Shown in pieces: positions 11,010 to 21,877 of a stretch of 64,000 bases of DNA. Below the pieces are notes generated by a model that did not search any database, was not told where the DNA came from, and worked only from the letters and a program-made list of their open reading frames with translations. The DNA lies in assembly GCA_963751345.1 (NCBI GenBank), contig CAVVUS010000001.1:1-64000 (forward strand), read 5' to 3'. This DNA comes from an uncultured Chloroflexia bacterium. Lineage in GTDB: Bacteria > Chloroflexota > Anaerolineae > B4-G1 > SLSP01. Made by a program: the position numbers and the translations under genes. Each line of letters opens with the position of its first letter. Positions within the stretch are counted from its first letter, which is position 1.

Positions 11010-12767
11010 TCACGCAAGTCGCGTCACGTAGACGTAGTACGCGCCGACTCTCGTCCCGTCCTCCTCATAGAAGGCGGTCTGTAGCCGCGTCTCCCCCGCG
11101 TTCAGATCGAGATCAAAGACGATCCCGACTTCGGCAGGGCCGATTTCTCTTTCCATGGTCTGCCCGCCCACCTGGACGCTGGCCCGCGTCAGAGGTAGTG
11201 CGCGGCCACCGCCCCAACCCGTCTTGATCTCCGCCGTGAACGGCTTCAGCGGCCCCGGGATTCCCGCCACGACGGCGCGGTCCTCCTCGTGCGGCCACCT
11301 CCGCAGCTCGAACCGGTACTGCCCCGTTTGCACCACATCGATCTCCCAGTAGCCATTGCACCGCAGGCCCTCACGGATCATCGACTGGTTCCAGGCACAC
11401 ACCACGGGATCATTGCGCCAATCGTGGGACGTCAACCGCGCCGAAACACCGGCTTCAAGTCCCACGGGGATGGGGATCGTGCCATCGAACTGCTCCGAGA
11501 CGACTTCCCACCACGCATCGTACTCCGATCGTAGCTGCTTTACGACCTCGGGGTGCGCAGCGGCGACATCACGGCACTGGCCCGGATCAGTGCCTATATC
11601 GTAAAGCTCGACCCCGTTAACCAGACGCCAGCGCTTCGTCATCACGGCGCTCTTCCGCCACTTGACGGGCGTGGTCAGACGCTGTGAATCGGTCACCAGG
11701 GCGCGGTCGGGCCAGCCCGACGCCTCTCCCTTCAGCAGCGGCACCAGGCTCCGCCCGTGGAACGTGTGCACGCCGGGATCGATCTCGCAGAGCTCCAGCA
11801 GCGTGGGCACGATATCGACATTGGCGGTCAACTGGGTCACGTCGCGCCCACCCGTGAAGCCTCCTGCCGGCCAACGGATAAAGAATGGCACGCGATGACC
11901 GCCGTCATACTCCGATCCCTTGATGCCCCGCATCCCGGCGTTGTATCCCCCGACGACAAACTGCTCCGCGTCCAGCGTCGCCCCGCACGAGCTGCCGTTG
12001 TCGGTCATGAAGATGAGGATCGTGTTCTCTGCCAGGCCCCACTCGTCCAGCTTCCTGCGGAGCAGTCCCAGGTTCTCGTCGATCGCCGTGATCATGCCGT
12101 AGAAGTTGGCCCGGTCCTGGTGCTCGACCTGACCCACGTAGGGATCGCTGTAGGCGTCATCCACAATGTAGGGAACATGCGGGGCGTTGGTGCTGACGTA
12201 GCAGAAGAAAGGTTGGTCGCGGTGGTCGTGGATGAAAGTCAGCGCTTCGTTGAACCACACGTCGGTGCAGTAACCCTCAAACGGTGTCCAGACCCCGTTG
12301 ACGGCGTAGGTATCACCGTTGTAGTTATTGCCCCAATAGTCGGGCGTCTGGCCAACCCCACCACCTCCGTGAGCCACGACGTGCTGGAACCCGCGATCCT
12401 GCGGCCGGTACGGCTCATTATCGCCCAGGTGCCACTTGCCGAAGAGGCCGGTGACATAGCCGCCCTCGGACAGAGCTGTGGCGAGGCTCCACTCATCCCG
12501 CCGCAGCAGCGACCGCCCGCCGATGGTGTGCCACACACCGGTGCTGTTGTGGTAGTGGCCCGTCATCAGACCGGCCCGCGTCGGCGCACAGGTTGGGCCG
12601 ACGTGGTAATCCGCAAGTCGCACGCTGTCGCGGTAGAGCGCGTCCATCTGCGGGGTCTGGATCACGGGGTTGCCGTAGCATCCGAGATCACCGTAGCCCT
12701 GGTCGTCCGTCAAAACGAAGACGATGTTGGGTTTCCGTCCCCCACCCGCCGCTGCTTGTGCTGCCAT
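11010..12767 (-). CDS. Arylsulfatase (Cys-type formylglycine sulfatase)
   Basis: KPNIVFVLTDDQG, CAPTRAGLMTG, GKWHLG, TDNG, KGSEYDGGHRVP. Confidence 0.93.
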   Translation of the reverse strand: MAAQAAAGGGRKPNIVFVLTDDQGYGDLGCYGNPVIQTPQMDALYRDSVRLADYHVGPTCAPTRAGLMTGHYHNSTGVWHTIGGRSLLRRDEWSLATALSEGGYVTGLFGKWHLGDNEPYRPQDRGFQHVVAHGGGGVGQTPDYWGNNYNGDTYAVNGVWTPFEGYCTDVWFNEALTFIHDHRDQPFFCYVSTNAPHVPYIVDDAYSDPYVGQVEHQDRANFYGMITAIDENLGLLRRKLDEWGLAENTILIFMTDNGSSCGATLDAEQFVVGGYNAGMRGIKGSEYDGGHRVPFFIRWPAGGFTGGRDVTQLTANVDIVPTLLELCEIDPGVHTFHGRSLVPLLKGEASGWPDRALVTDSQRLTTPVKWRKSAVMTKRWRLVNGVELYDIGTDPGQCRDVAAAHPEVVKQLRSEYDAWWEVVSEQFDGTIPIPVGLEAGVSARLTSHDWRNDPVVCAWNQSMIREGLRCNGYWEIDVVQTGQYRFELRRWPHEEDRAVVAGIPGPLKPFTAEIKTGWGGGRALPLTRASVQVGGQTMEREIGPAEVGIVFDLDLNAGETRLQTAFYEEDGTRVGAYYVYVTRLA

Positions 12768-14036
12768 CTACGTGTTCTTGATCTTGCTGAGGTCGCCGTC
12801 CCACGCGGCCGCCAAGACCGCGCCCATGTACTCGTCGACCATGTCAGGAGTCAGCGGCACCGGCATATTCTCGAGCTTCATCCTGAGCTGCGGGTTCTTG
12901 GCCGCGGTCAGGGCCCGCTCGATGTGCGCCTCGGTGATCGTCTCCACCTGGCTCATCGTCGTGGGCAGCCCGATCTTGGCATCGAAAGCGATCATGGCCT
13001 GAGCCACGGCCTCGCCCAGCGCACGCCCGGTCAGCGTGTCGACGTCGCCGTCGAGATAGCCGGCATCCTGGAAGATGCGCCCGACGACGTCGAGCGGACG
13101 CTGAATTGCGGGCGCGAAGAAGACCGTATAGTAGGGGTTCATCAGGGCGCAAGCCCTGCCGTGAGGCATCGCGTCGACGAGCGAGAAACTCGTCAAGTGC
13201 CCGCCGTTCGTGCCGCCGAGCATGATCGAGTACCCACCCAGGTCTGTCGCCAATCCCAGCGCCTCCCGCCCCTCGGCATCAGCCGGCCGGGCCATCACAC
13301 GAGGCAGATATTCCACCACCAGACCGATAGCCTCGCGGGCCACCGCCTCGATGTGATCGTATTCGGGTTTGCCGACCGCCCCGTAGAGCACCTCCAACGC
13401 GTGCGAGATGCCATCCAGCGCGCCATCGGCTGTGAGCGAAGGCGGCGCTCCAAAGGTGACCGTATAGTCGAAGATCGACCGTGCCGGTACGATCGCATCG
13501 TCCACGATCAACTTCTTCTGACCCGTGGCGACGTTGGTGATGTTGGAGTACTTCGTCAGGTGCGCGGACGAGCTGGACGCGGTCTGGATCGCCACGTGGG
13601 GCGTCAGCCGCTTGCCTTGGTTCGCCACCGCTGCAGAGACAAGCCCTGTCCCGAAGTAGTCCTCGATATCTCCGCCCAATACGTGGAGCACGATCGCGGC
13701 CTTTGCCACATCGATTGTGCTGCCGCCACCGAAGCTCACCACCACCTCAGGATTGAGCGTGTCGAGCTCCGCCGTGACCCGTAGCAGATCCTCGATAGGT
13801 GCGTTGGGGGCCGGGCCATCGACTTCTGCCAGGATCTCCACACCCGCCTGTGCCAGAGCCTGCCGAACCGTCCGCATGTAGCCGTCGGAGCCAGGGAACG
13901 TCGTCCGGACCACGACGGCCCGGCGTCCGAGCTCCGCCGTCAGCTCGCCTACCCGCCACAACACCCCAAGCCCGTGGGTATACCGATCACCCTTGAACTC
14001 CCGGAGCAAATCCCTTGCCTTCTCAAAGCCTGCCAC
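12768..14036 (-). CDS. Iron-containing alcohol dehydrogenase family protein
   Basis: GGGSTIDVAK, DGALDGISHALE, GGH and PHGRAC metal-ligand motifs; abuts the sulfatase start (TAG-ATG). Confidence 0.88.
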   Translation of the reverse strand: MAGFEKARDLLREFKGDRYTHGLGVLWRVGELTAELGRRAVVVRTTFPGSDGYMRTVRQALAQAGVEILAEVDGPAPNAPIEDLLRVTAELDTLNPEVVVSFGGGSTIDVAKAAIVLHVLGGDIEDYFGTGLVSAAVANQGKRLTPHVAIQTASSSSAHLTKYSNITNVATGQKKLIVDDAIVPARSIFDYTVTFGAPPSLTADGALDGISHALEVLYGAVGKPEYDHIEAVAREAIGLVVEYLPRVMARPADAEGREALGLATDLGGYSIMLGGTNGGHLTSFSLVDAMPHGRACALMNPYYTVFFAPAIQRPLDVVGRIFQDAGYLDGDVDTLTGRALGEAVAQAMIAFDAKIGLPTTMSQVETITEAHIERALTAAKNPQLRMKLENMPVPLTPDMVDEYMGAVLAAAWDGDLSKIKNT

Positions 14037-14172
14037 TGTTCACCTCCTTACCTTATCGAGGCCAAGTATAATAGGACAAGGGTTTCCCTCCAAATCCATT
14101 ATGGCCGCGACCCGCCGGAAGCGGTAGCCCGTCCGCACGATGCCTTCGTCGCGGGCACACCTGGAGAGACAC

Positions 14173-16470
14173 CTACTGCGGCCAGGGCAAAACGATCGCA
14201 TCGTCAGGCAAGCAAGCACCGTCGCCGCCATAGGCGGCCAGCCGGGCGCCCGTGGCCGGATCATACATCCCGACGACGAACGTCCCCTCTCCTAAATCGG
14301 CGTCCAGTGCCAGCGCGTGCCGGTCCGGGACGACGTCGCCGGGCAACCACCACGAGGTTGGATAGGCGCCCCCGGCGGGAGGGCCATCGTGCTGGGCGAT
14401 CAGCTCGCCGGCTGCATCGAGCCAGTGGACGAAGACGGTGTAGTCGGCGTCCGGCACATCCTCCGCACGCCAGTACAGATCCACATAGAGCAGCTCACCT
14501 TCTCGGTGCACCTCATACGCCGCCAACCGAATGGCGGCGTCGAGCGTCGCCCCGACCCGTGCCGCCGTTGCGGGGACATCAACGTCACCGCGGATCCGCC
14601 ACGGCCCCAGCGACAGAGCGTCACCAAGAGTCTGATCGAAAGTCAGGAGCGCGCCCGTTTCATCCAGGACGCGAACATCAAGCCAGACCAGTGCAGGGGC
14701 AGATGCCCAGACGGGGCACTGCAAGGTCGACCGCGTGCATCACAACGTCCCCGGGACGCCACACAGAGCTGGGATAGAGCGTGCCACCCAGCCAGCGCGT
14801 GTCATCGGCGATGCGTTCTGTTGCGTCCAGCCCGCGAAGCTGAGCCGAGACCGTCAGCAGCTCATCAGGCGCTGTGTCAGCGTGCCAGTAATAGGTCCAC
14901 CGGCACCCGGTCGCCCGGCGAGATGATACTCTCACCCATGCTGTAGCCGGTCAAGCTCACGCTCCCTACTTGCCCATCAACTACGACGGTGGCGGCTGCG
15001 GGCATGCCCTTCGGCCGGTAAGGAGACCGGAACGCAGGACGCAGAAGAAACCAGGGCAGCAGCACCGCCGCAATACAGCCCACGCCAACTGCGCCAGCCA
15101 GGGTCCGTCGATACCAGACCGATCGCCACTGTGACAGCCCCCACGCCAACAGCACGCCCACAGGTGCGGCAGTTGGGAAGAGCAGCCGCCCATACGAGGA
15201 GCCGGTCTTCTGTGCCCAAAAGGTGAACGCGACGAAGTTCATCCCAATCGCAATCACCAGAATCGCCAGTGCGCGCCTGGCAAACAGGGATTCCGCCCAG
15301 AAGGAGCCGGAACCCTGGCCTAGCGGCACAAAGGCCCTGAGCATGCCGGCAATCGCGGTGCACACCACAGACTGCCACGGCGGCGTAGAGCCACCAGGGC
15401 GCCGTTATCAGCGCCCAGCCGAAAGCGACCCAATAGGACTGGAGTCCGGCCAACAACGCCTGCCAGCCGAACCGGTCGAGCGGAACCTGGATCGCCCAGT
15501 GCGGGAGTGTGCCCAGCGGATCGCCATAGCGAATCGCGTTGGCGAGGTACCATCCGCCGCCGAGAAGCACAGCCGTCACGCCAAAGGCCATCGCGCGCCC
15601 GATGCCCTTGAGCGCTACGCCGGCCTCGAAGCGAACCGGGCGCTGAACCCAGGCCGATACCAGCGCGCCGAGCGCCCCGAGCGGCAGCAGCATCAGAGCA
15701 CTCTGCTTCGTCAGCAGCCCTGCCCCGACCGGAATGCCCAGAGCCGCCCAATGCGGCCAGGCCGCCCCCGTGCGCAGCATCCGCAGCAGCCCAAGGAACG
15801 TCACGGAAAACAGCGCATTCGTCAAGGGATCGTTGCTCACGCCGCTGTGGCTGGCCGCAAACTGAGGGTTCAACGCTACCCACGCCGCAGCGCCCAGCGC
15901 GAGCCAAGCACGCTCGGGCCAGATTTCCCGCGCAATTGCATAGGTGCAGAGCACGGTAACGGCGCCCAAAAGGATGGAGAGCCCGCGCAGCAACGCGACG
16001 GCTCGGACCGTCCGACTCGCCAGTAACGTCTCGTCGGGAAGATGGACGAAGACATTCTTGTTCCAGGCGTCCGATCCGCGGTGGGGAGAGAAGCCCTGCG
16101 CCCAACTGGGGCTGGGGATCAAGCGGTCCACCAAGTCGTCCATCGAGTCCCACGCCGTGACGAGCGCCGCCAGGACGTGATAGAGCGGCGGTGCATAGTA
16201 GAGCGGCGGATCATGGTAGCCGATCAGCCAGGCCATGTTCGGCCCGGTATCCGCCCTCCTGTCTGGGATCTGGTAGGGGGGCAGTTGCCGCTCTTTGGCG
16301 ATATACCGGATAACCTGGAGATGCGAGGATTCGTCCGGCGACTCAAAGAGTGGCGTATTGACGGCATACATACAGCCCAGTGCAATGTAGAGTCCGGTGA
16401 TACAAATCAGGGCCAATCGGGTGCCGTTGATCCGCCCAATCTTGCGGAGCAACCGTGGCCACAACATCAC
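14173..16470 (-). CDS. ArnT/GT39-like multi-pass membrane glycosyltransferase with C-terminal soluble domains; frameshifts near 15365, 14915 and 14725
   Basis: TPLFESPDESSH, PPLYH, SGVSND, GLLTKQS, many TM helices, GRLLFP; C-terminal LYWRA..PDADYTVFVH..AQHDGPP..YPTSWW.PGDVVPD domain. Confidence 0.75.
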
Positions 16471-16634
16471 ATATTGAGCCTCTCAAGTCATAGACTGGAA
16501 TGGCACATTCGCGCTTCCACACACCACGCCGGCCAAAGGGGTGCGGACCCTGTCCCGACACTGAACCGTCAGTTCAGAGGATGGTGCAAGGGCCAGCTCC
16601 TCGCACCATCCTCCGGACGAGTACATGGCCGGCT

Positions 16635-19445
16635 CTACACCTCCGCCAGAATGCGGCGGATCGCTGCTGCGGGGTCCTGACCCAGATGGAACCGGACGAC
16701 ACGACGACCGGCATCGGCGAGTGCCTGATAGTCACCCAGGGCCTGAGCACGCACGAGGACGCCAAAACTCATCGAAGCCTCGGAGTCCCCCGCCCGGTCG
16801 GGAATCTCCGCGTCCCGGACGGGATCAGCCGTGAACTGGATGAAGAGGCCGTTGCCGCCATCACCTTTATGGAGCTGGCCGGTGGAGTGAAGGTAACGAG
16901 GGCCATAGCCCGACGTCGTCGCAACCTGATAGCGGTCGCGAATCCAGCGGCGCAGGGACTGCAGCGCCTCCGTCGTGGCCTCGGTAGGTTGAACGTAAGC
17001 CTGCAAGGCCACGTAGTCGCCCGCGCGGACCTGAGCCAGGAAGCTCACAAGTGCCTGGCCCCCGACCTCGGTCGACGCGCCTTCGGGGAGCGCACCACTC
17101 TCGCGATAGGTTGCGATCATCTGACGTGCCAACACTTTGGCCGCCTCTACGTTAGGTTGATTGAAGGGCTGGATGCCCAGGCTATGTCCCGCCACCGCCA
17201 CAGCCATCTCCCAGAGAAAGATCTGCTCGCCAATGTCATACAGGTCACGCAGGTGAAGCGTGACCACAGGGTGCCCGGTTTCAGCCAGTGCGCCCAACGC
17301 CGCGTCGGCAGTGGTATCGCCGTCGAGTCGGAGGTGCACAAAAAGCCGGTCGTTACCGTAGACCTCCGGCGCCCCCAATGGCTCCCCAACCACAGGGAGG
17401 ATGCCCGTGCCGGCTTTGCCGGTGCTCTCGGCAACGAGTTGCTCCACCCAATCGCCGAAATTGCCGCACGGAGGAGAGACGACCAGCGTCAGTTTGTCCC
17501 GTCCGGCCTTGGCCAGTTCGCCCAGGATGACGCCCAGTTCCGCAGCAACCGTGTCGCCGGCGGTCTGCGAAGCCTCCCCTTCCCATCCCCCGCCCGTCGA
17601 GGAAGGGGCTGGGTCTTGGCCATCATCCCTTATATCCATAGGGGTAAAGGGGAAGCCCAGGGCGCGCTCGAGCAGAAGCCCGACGTCGACACCCAGCAGC
17701 GCTGCAGGGACGAGGCCGAAGTGGGATAGCGCTGAGTACCGCCCGCCAATGGTAGGGATGTTCTCGAAGACGGCACGGAATCCAAGCTCCCTGCCCAGTG
17801 CTGCCAGCGATGTGCCGGGATCGGTGATGGCGGCAAAGTGCGCTCCCGCGTCCGCGCGGCCCACCGCATCGCTCGTCGCGTTGTAGAAATACTTGAGGAA
17901 TGACAGGGTCTCGGCCGTCGTGCCCGACTTGCTGGAGGCGATGAACAAGGTCCTCGCAAGGTCGAGCGCGTCGGCATAGGCCAGCACGGCACCGGGATCG
18001 GTGCTGTCGAGGACGTCCAGTCGCGGATAGCCCTCGCGACCGCCGAAGACGGTGCTGAAGACGTCGGGGGCCAGGCTGGAGCCCCCCATACCCAGCAACA
18101 CCACGCGCGTGTAGCCGGCATCCCTGACAGCGTCGACGAAGTCCGCTATGGGTTCCAGGTGTCTCAGCATCACCGCGGGTGAGGTGAGCCATCCAAGGCG
18201 ATTGGAAATCTCCGTCGGCTCCGGCTGCCACACGAAGTAGTCAAGTTCCCAGATACGGTCGACGATCTCTTCCTCGACCAACCGATCGAGGGCAGTATCT
18301 ACCGCTGCCTGTTCCTCGCCAAGGCGGGCCTCGAAACGCGGCAGCCCGAGCCTGCGGCACTTCGTGCGCACGCTTTGCAGAAGTACTTCGAAGGGCTTCG
18401 CGAACTTGTCAACGCCCTCGTCCAGGAGCGCGTCGGTCACGCGATCCAAATCGATGCCCAGATCAGCCAGGCGTCTGAGTTGGGCCTGTGCGGTCTCCAG
18501 ATCGGCCTCAAGGGTGTCAGCCACCGTGCCATGATCGAGCACGGCCTTCAGCGTCTCGGGGGGCAGCGTGTTGACGGTATGGGGGCCGATCAGGGCGTCG
18601 GGATAGAGCGTGTCGGGATACGCCGGGTTCTTGGTGCTGGTGCTGGCCCACAGGGGACGCTGAAGGCTGGCCCCCTTGGCGGCAAGATGCTCCCAGCGCT
18701 CACCACTGAACGCCTGCTTGAAGCGCTGATAGGCCATCTTGGCGTTGGCGATGCCGATCGTGCCCTTGAGTTCGGCGGCCTCCGGTGTCCCAAATCATCC
18801 AACATGCCGTCGACCATCACGTCGACGCGGCTGACAAAGAAGGATGCCACGGATGCTATGCCCGTCAGATCCCCATCCTGTCGCGGCTCGACGCTCCAGA
18901 CCCGCCATATAGGCCTCCGCGACCGCGTCGTACTGCTCCAGTGAGAACATCAGCGTCACGTTGACGTTGATTCCCTCGCCGATGAGCGTCTCGATGGCAG
19001 GAATGCCCTCCGGTGTCGCGGGCACCTTGATCAGAACGTTGGGTCGACCGACAGCTCCCCAAAGATGCCGAGCTTGCGCGATCGTGCCGGCGGTGTCATA
19101 GGCCAAATCGGGGCTCACCTCGAGGCTGACGAAACCGTCCTTACCCTCCGTAGCCTCGTACACGATCCGCAGCGTATCGGCTGCCATTTGGATGTCGCGC
19201 AGGGCTAGCGCCTCATACGTATCGGCCGCAACCACGCCCAGATCACACGTCTCGGCGAGCTGCTGATCGTAGTCGTCGCTGCCGGCGATCGCCTTCTCGA
19301 AGATTGCGGGGTTCGACGTAACACCCCGCACGCCCTGGTTAACCGCGGCAGCCAGGCCACCGCCGAGAATGTATGAGCGCCGGATGTAGTCGAGCCAAAT
19401 CGACTGGCCGGAATCCGCCAACTGGCCAAGTATTGTACTTTCCAC
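16635..19445 (-). CDS. tal: Bifunctional transaldolase / phosphoglucose isomerase fusion; frameshifts near 18870 and 18780
   Basis: [58 protein letters not shown]; then the PGI part [47 protein letters not shown]. Confidence 0.9.
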
Positions 19446-19507
19446 TTTCCCTCCTATAGAAGCGCTAGTACGTCAGAACGTCTCTACGTTCCAACGCGCA
19501 GAACGTG

Positions 19508-20662
19508 TCAACGTTCCTCTGACACGACAAGATTGTCCTTGATGTAGTCGAAGTTGATGTCCCACCCCAAGCCGGGAAGCTGCGAGACGTGCACATAGCC
19601 CTCGCTATCCATCGGATCCTCAAGCCGGTTGAGCCACGGGCTCGGGGACTCATAGTCGACAAAGGGATGCAGCAGCCCGCGCTCGTAGAACCGCCCCGGG
19701 ATGCCCATCGCGCACAGCACGTGCAGGTTCGCAGCGCCGCCGCCGTGCACCTCCATCCGCATCCCGAAGGCCTCCGCCAGATGCGCGATCTTCACCAGCG
19801 GCGTGATCCCGCCCACGTCACCCACTCCACCTCGGACAATATCAGCCGCGCCGTACTTGATCCATTCGGCCCGTGCGAACATCTTTCCCTCGGCGGTCTC
19901 CGGCCCGCAGATCGGAAGATCGAGCTGCTCTGCCAGCCACACGTAGGACGACATGCTGTGCTCGTCCATCGGCTCCTCCATCCAGAGGAAGCCCAGCTTC
20001 TCCAGCTCGCGCCCCAGGATAAGAGATTCCTCACGCCCATAGTAGTGATAGGGATCCAGCATCAGCGGCACGTCGGGGCCCACCGCCTCGCGGACGGCAG
20101 CGCAGGCTGCCACGTCGCGCCTGACGTCCGGTGCACCGGGCATAGGTGGCTGCCAGGTATGCAGCTTGAAGGCCGGGTAGCCGCGCGCCATACACTGCGC
20201 TGCAAACCGCGCGTAGGCCTCAGGCGAGTCCAGACCTCCCGCAAGATCGTCCCCACACATTGTGCTTGCATAGGCAGGGACCTTGTCACGATAGGCTCCC
20301 AGCAGCTTGTATACAGGCTGGTTCAACGCGCGTCCTGCCAGATCCCACAGCGCGCAGTCGATGATGGTCAAGACCCTGTCCACTAGGGTGCTCAGATTCA
20401 GGCGCTGCCGCTCTTTGAGCGCCTGCCATATCTGCTCGCGGTAGAAGGGGTCCTTGCCGATCACCAATGGCTTGATCAGGCTCTCCAGGACGCCCTTTGA
20501 GATGCCGCCAAACATGTAGCCTTCCGTGCCGTCGTCGGCTACGACGGTCACGAGGCTCTGATGTGCTTCGTGCTGGGGACCCGGATGACCGTGCCCCTCA
20601 GAATCGCGTATGACACCGGACGTGCTGCGAAATGTCCTTACGTGAATGTCAGAGATCCGCAT
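19508..20662 (-). CDS. Mandelate racemase/MLE family protein
   Basis: IDCALWDLAGR, AFKLH, LMLDP, WMEEP, CGPE, EVHG, YERGL. Confidence 0.88.
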   Translation of the reverse strand: MRISDIHVRTFRSTSGVIRDSEGHGHPGPQHEAHQSLVTVVADDGTEGYMFGGISKGVLESLIKPLVIGKDPFYREQIWQALKERQRLNLSTLVDRVLTIIDCALWDLAGRALNQPVYKLLGAYRDKVPAYASTMCGDDLAGGLDSPEAYARFAAQCMARGYPAFKLHTWQPPMPGAPDVRRDVAACAAVREAVGPDVPLMLDPYHYYGREESLILGRELEKLGFLWMEEPMDEHSMSSYVWLAEQLDLPICGPETAEGKMFARAEWIKYGAADIVRGGVGDVGGITPLVKIAHLAEAFGMRMEVHGGGAANLHVLCAMGIPGRFYERGLLHPFVDYESPSPWLNRLEDPMDSEGYVHVSQLPGLGWDINFDYIKDNLVVSEER

Positions 20663-20788
20663 TAGTGCCCTCCCATCTAGCCCAGAGAACCTTGCGAAGT
20701 TGTGACGTGCCGGCAAGTGTGAGTGTCCGTGAATCCAGAGGTGCCTCGCTGTGGCAGTCCGTTCGTGACCTTCGCAAGGTTAAGATGC

Positions 20789-21877
20789 TTATTTCAGCCA
20801 GCGCTCCAGATTGGAGTTCACGAAAGCGTCGTCGCTGAACTCGGGATACGAAGCGCACACTCGATCAATCTCATCCATCTGACCCTGCGACAGCGTCTCA
20901 TCAGGATCCAGGCACTCGATACCATTGACCAGGCCCTGACGCCTGAGGACCTCCTGGATGCCCGGGATGCAGCCGGCAAAGCTGTGGGCAGCGTCAAAGA
21001 TAGCCGAATTGGCGTCCGTGAGCCTGGCACCGCGCGTGAGCAGCTCGGGTGGGATGGAAGTCCCGCTGTGCAGCAGCCTGTGAATCTCATCTAGGAGCCC
21101 CACAGCTTGGCGGGTCCAGACCGCCCACTGCCCGAGCAACCCTCCAACCATCCGCGTCGAGCGCGGCCCAAATGGCGTCTCGATGACGTACTCGGTCAGC
21201 AGATCACCGACGATGTGGTCGTCATTCCCCGTGTAGAGGGTCACCGTCTTCTCGCGCCCCGCGTCACAGATGGCACGGACAACATCCAGCGTCTGGTACC
21301 GGTTGAAGGGCGCAATCTTGACCCCGATCAGTCTCTCGACTCCGGCGAGCTCTCGCCAGAAACTGTATGGGAGCCTCCGCCCGCCAACAGCCGGCTGCAG
21401 ATAGAACCCGATGATGGGCAAAACCTCCGCGACCGACGTGCAATGCTCGACCATCGACTGGAGGGTGTCGGAATCGGTGAAAGCGCCCAGGCTAACCAGG
21501 CCCGCATGGTACCCGCAGTCGCGGGCAAACGACGCCTCGTGCAGCGCCTGTGGCGTGCGCCCGCATATGCCGGCGATCTTGAACATCGTACGACCGGTTT
21601 TCGCGTGCCAATCATCAATCACGCCCGATACGAACCGCAGCACCGGTTCGTACAGCCCGACATCCGGATCGCGAATGGCAAACTGGGTCGTGTGCACGCC
21701 AACGGCGAGCCCGCCCGCGCCCGCATCGACGTAGTAGCGCGTCAGTGCGGCCTGGTGCCGTTCGTCAAAGCGCCGCTGCGCATCCAGCGCCAACGGCATC
21801 GCCGGGATGACGCATCCTTCCCTGAAGCGGCCCAGGAGCGCAACAGGGATGCCATCCCCACTATCAGAACTGCCCAT
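20789..21877 (-). CDS. DapA/NanA-like class I aldolase family protein
   Basis: IPAMPLAL, GLAVGVHTTQF, FYLQPAVGG, GVKIAPFNRY (Schiff-base Lys), YTGNDD. Confidence 0.85.
   Translation of the reverse strand: MGSSDSGDGIPVALLGRFREGCVIPAMPLALDAQRRFDERHQAALTRYYVDAGAGGLAVGVHTTQFAIRDPDVGLYEPVLRFVSGVIDDWHAKTGRTMFKIAGICGRTPQALHEASFARDCGYHAGLVSLGAFTDSDTLQSMVEHCTSVAEVLPIIGFYLQPAVGGRRLPYSFWRELAGVERLIGVKIAPFNRYQTLDVVRAICDAGREKTVTLYTGNDDHIVGDLLTEYVIETPFGPRSTRMVGGLLGQWAVWTRQAVGLLDEIHRLLHSGTSIPPELLTRGARLTDANSAIFDAAHSFAGCIPGIQEVLRRQGLVNGIECLDPDETLSQGQMDEIDRVCASYPEFSDDAFVNSNLERWLK

Noticed and set aside
11757-13784. 675-aa plus-strand ORF
   Set aside because: Antisense shadow of the sulfatase and Fe-ADH genes, caused by high-GC codon bias; no recognisable motifs.
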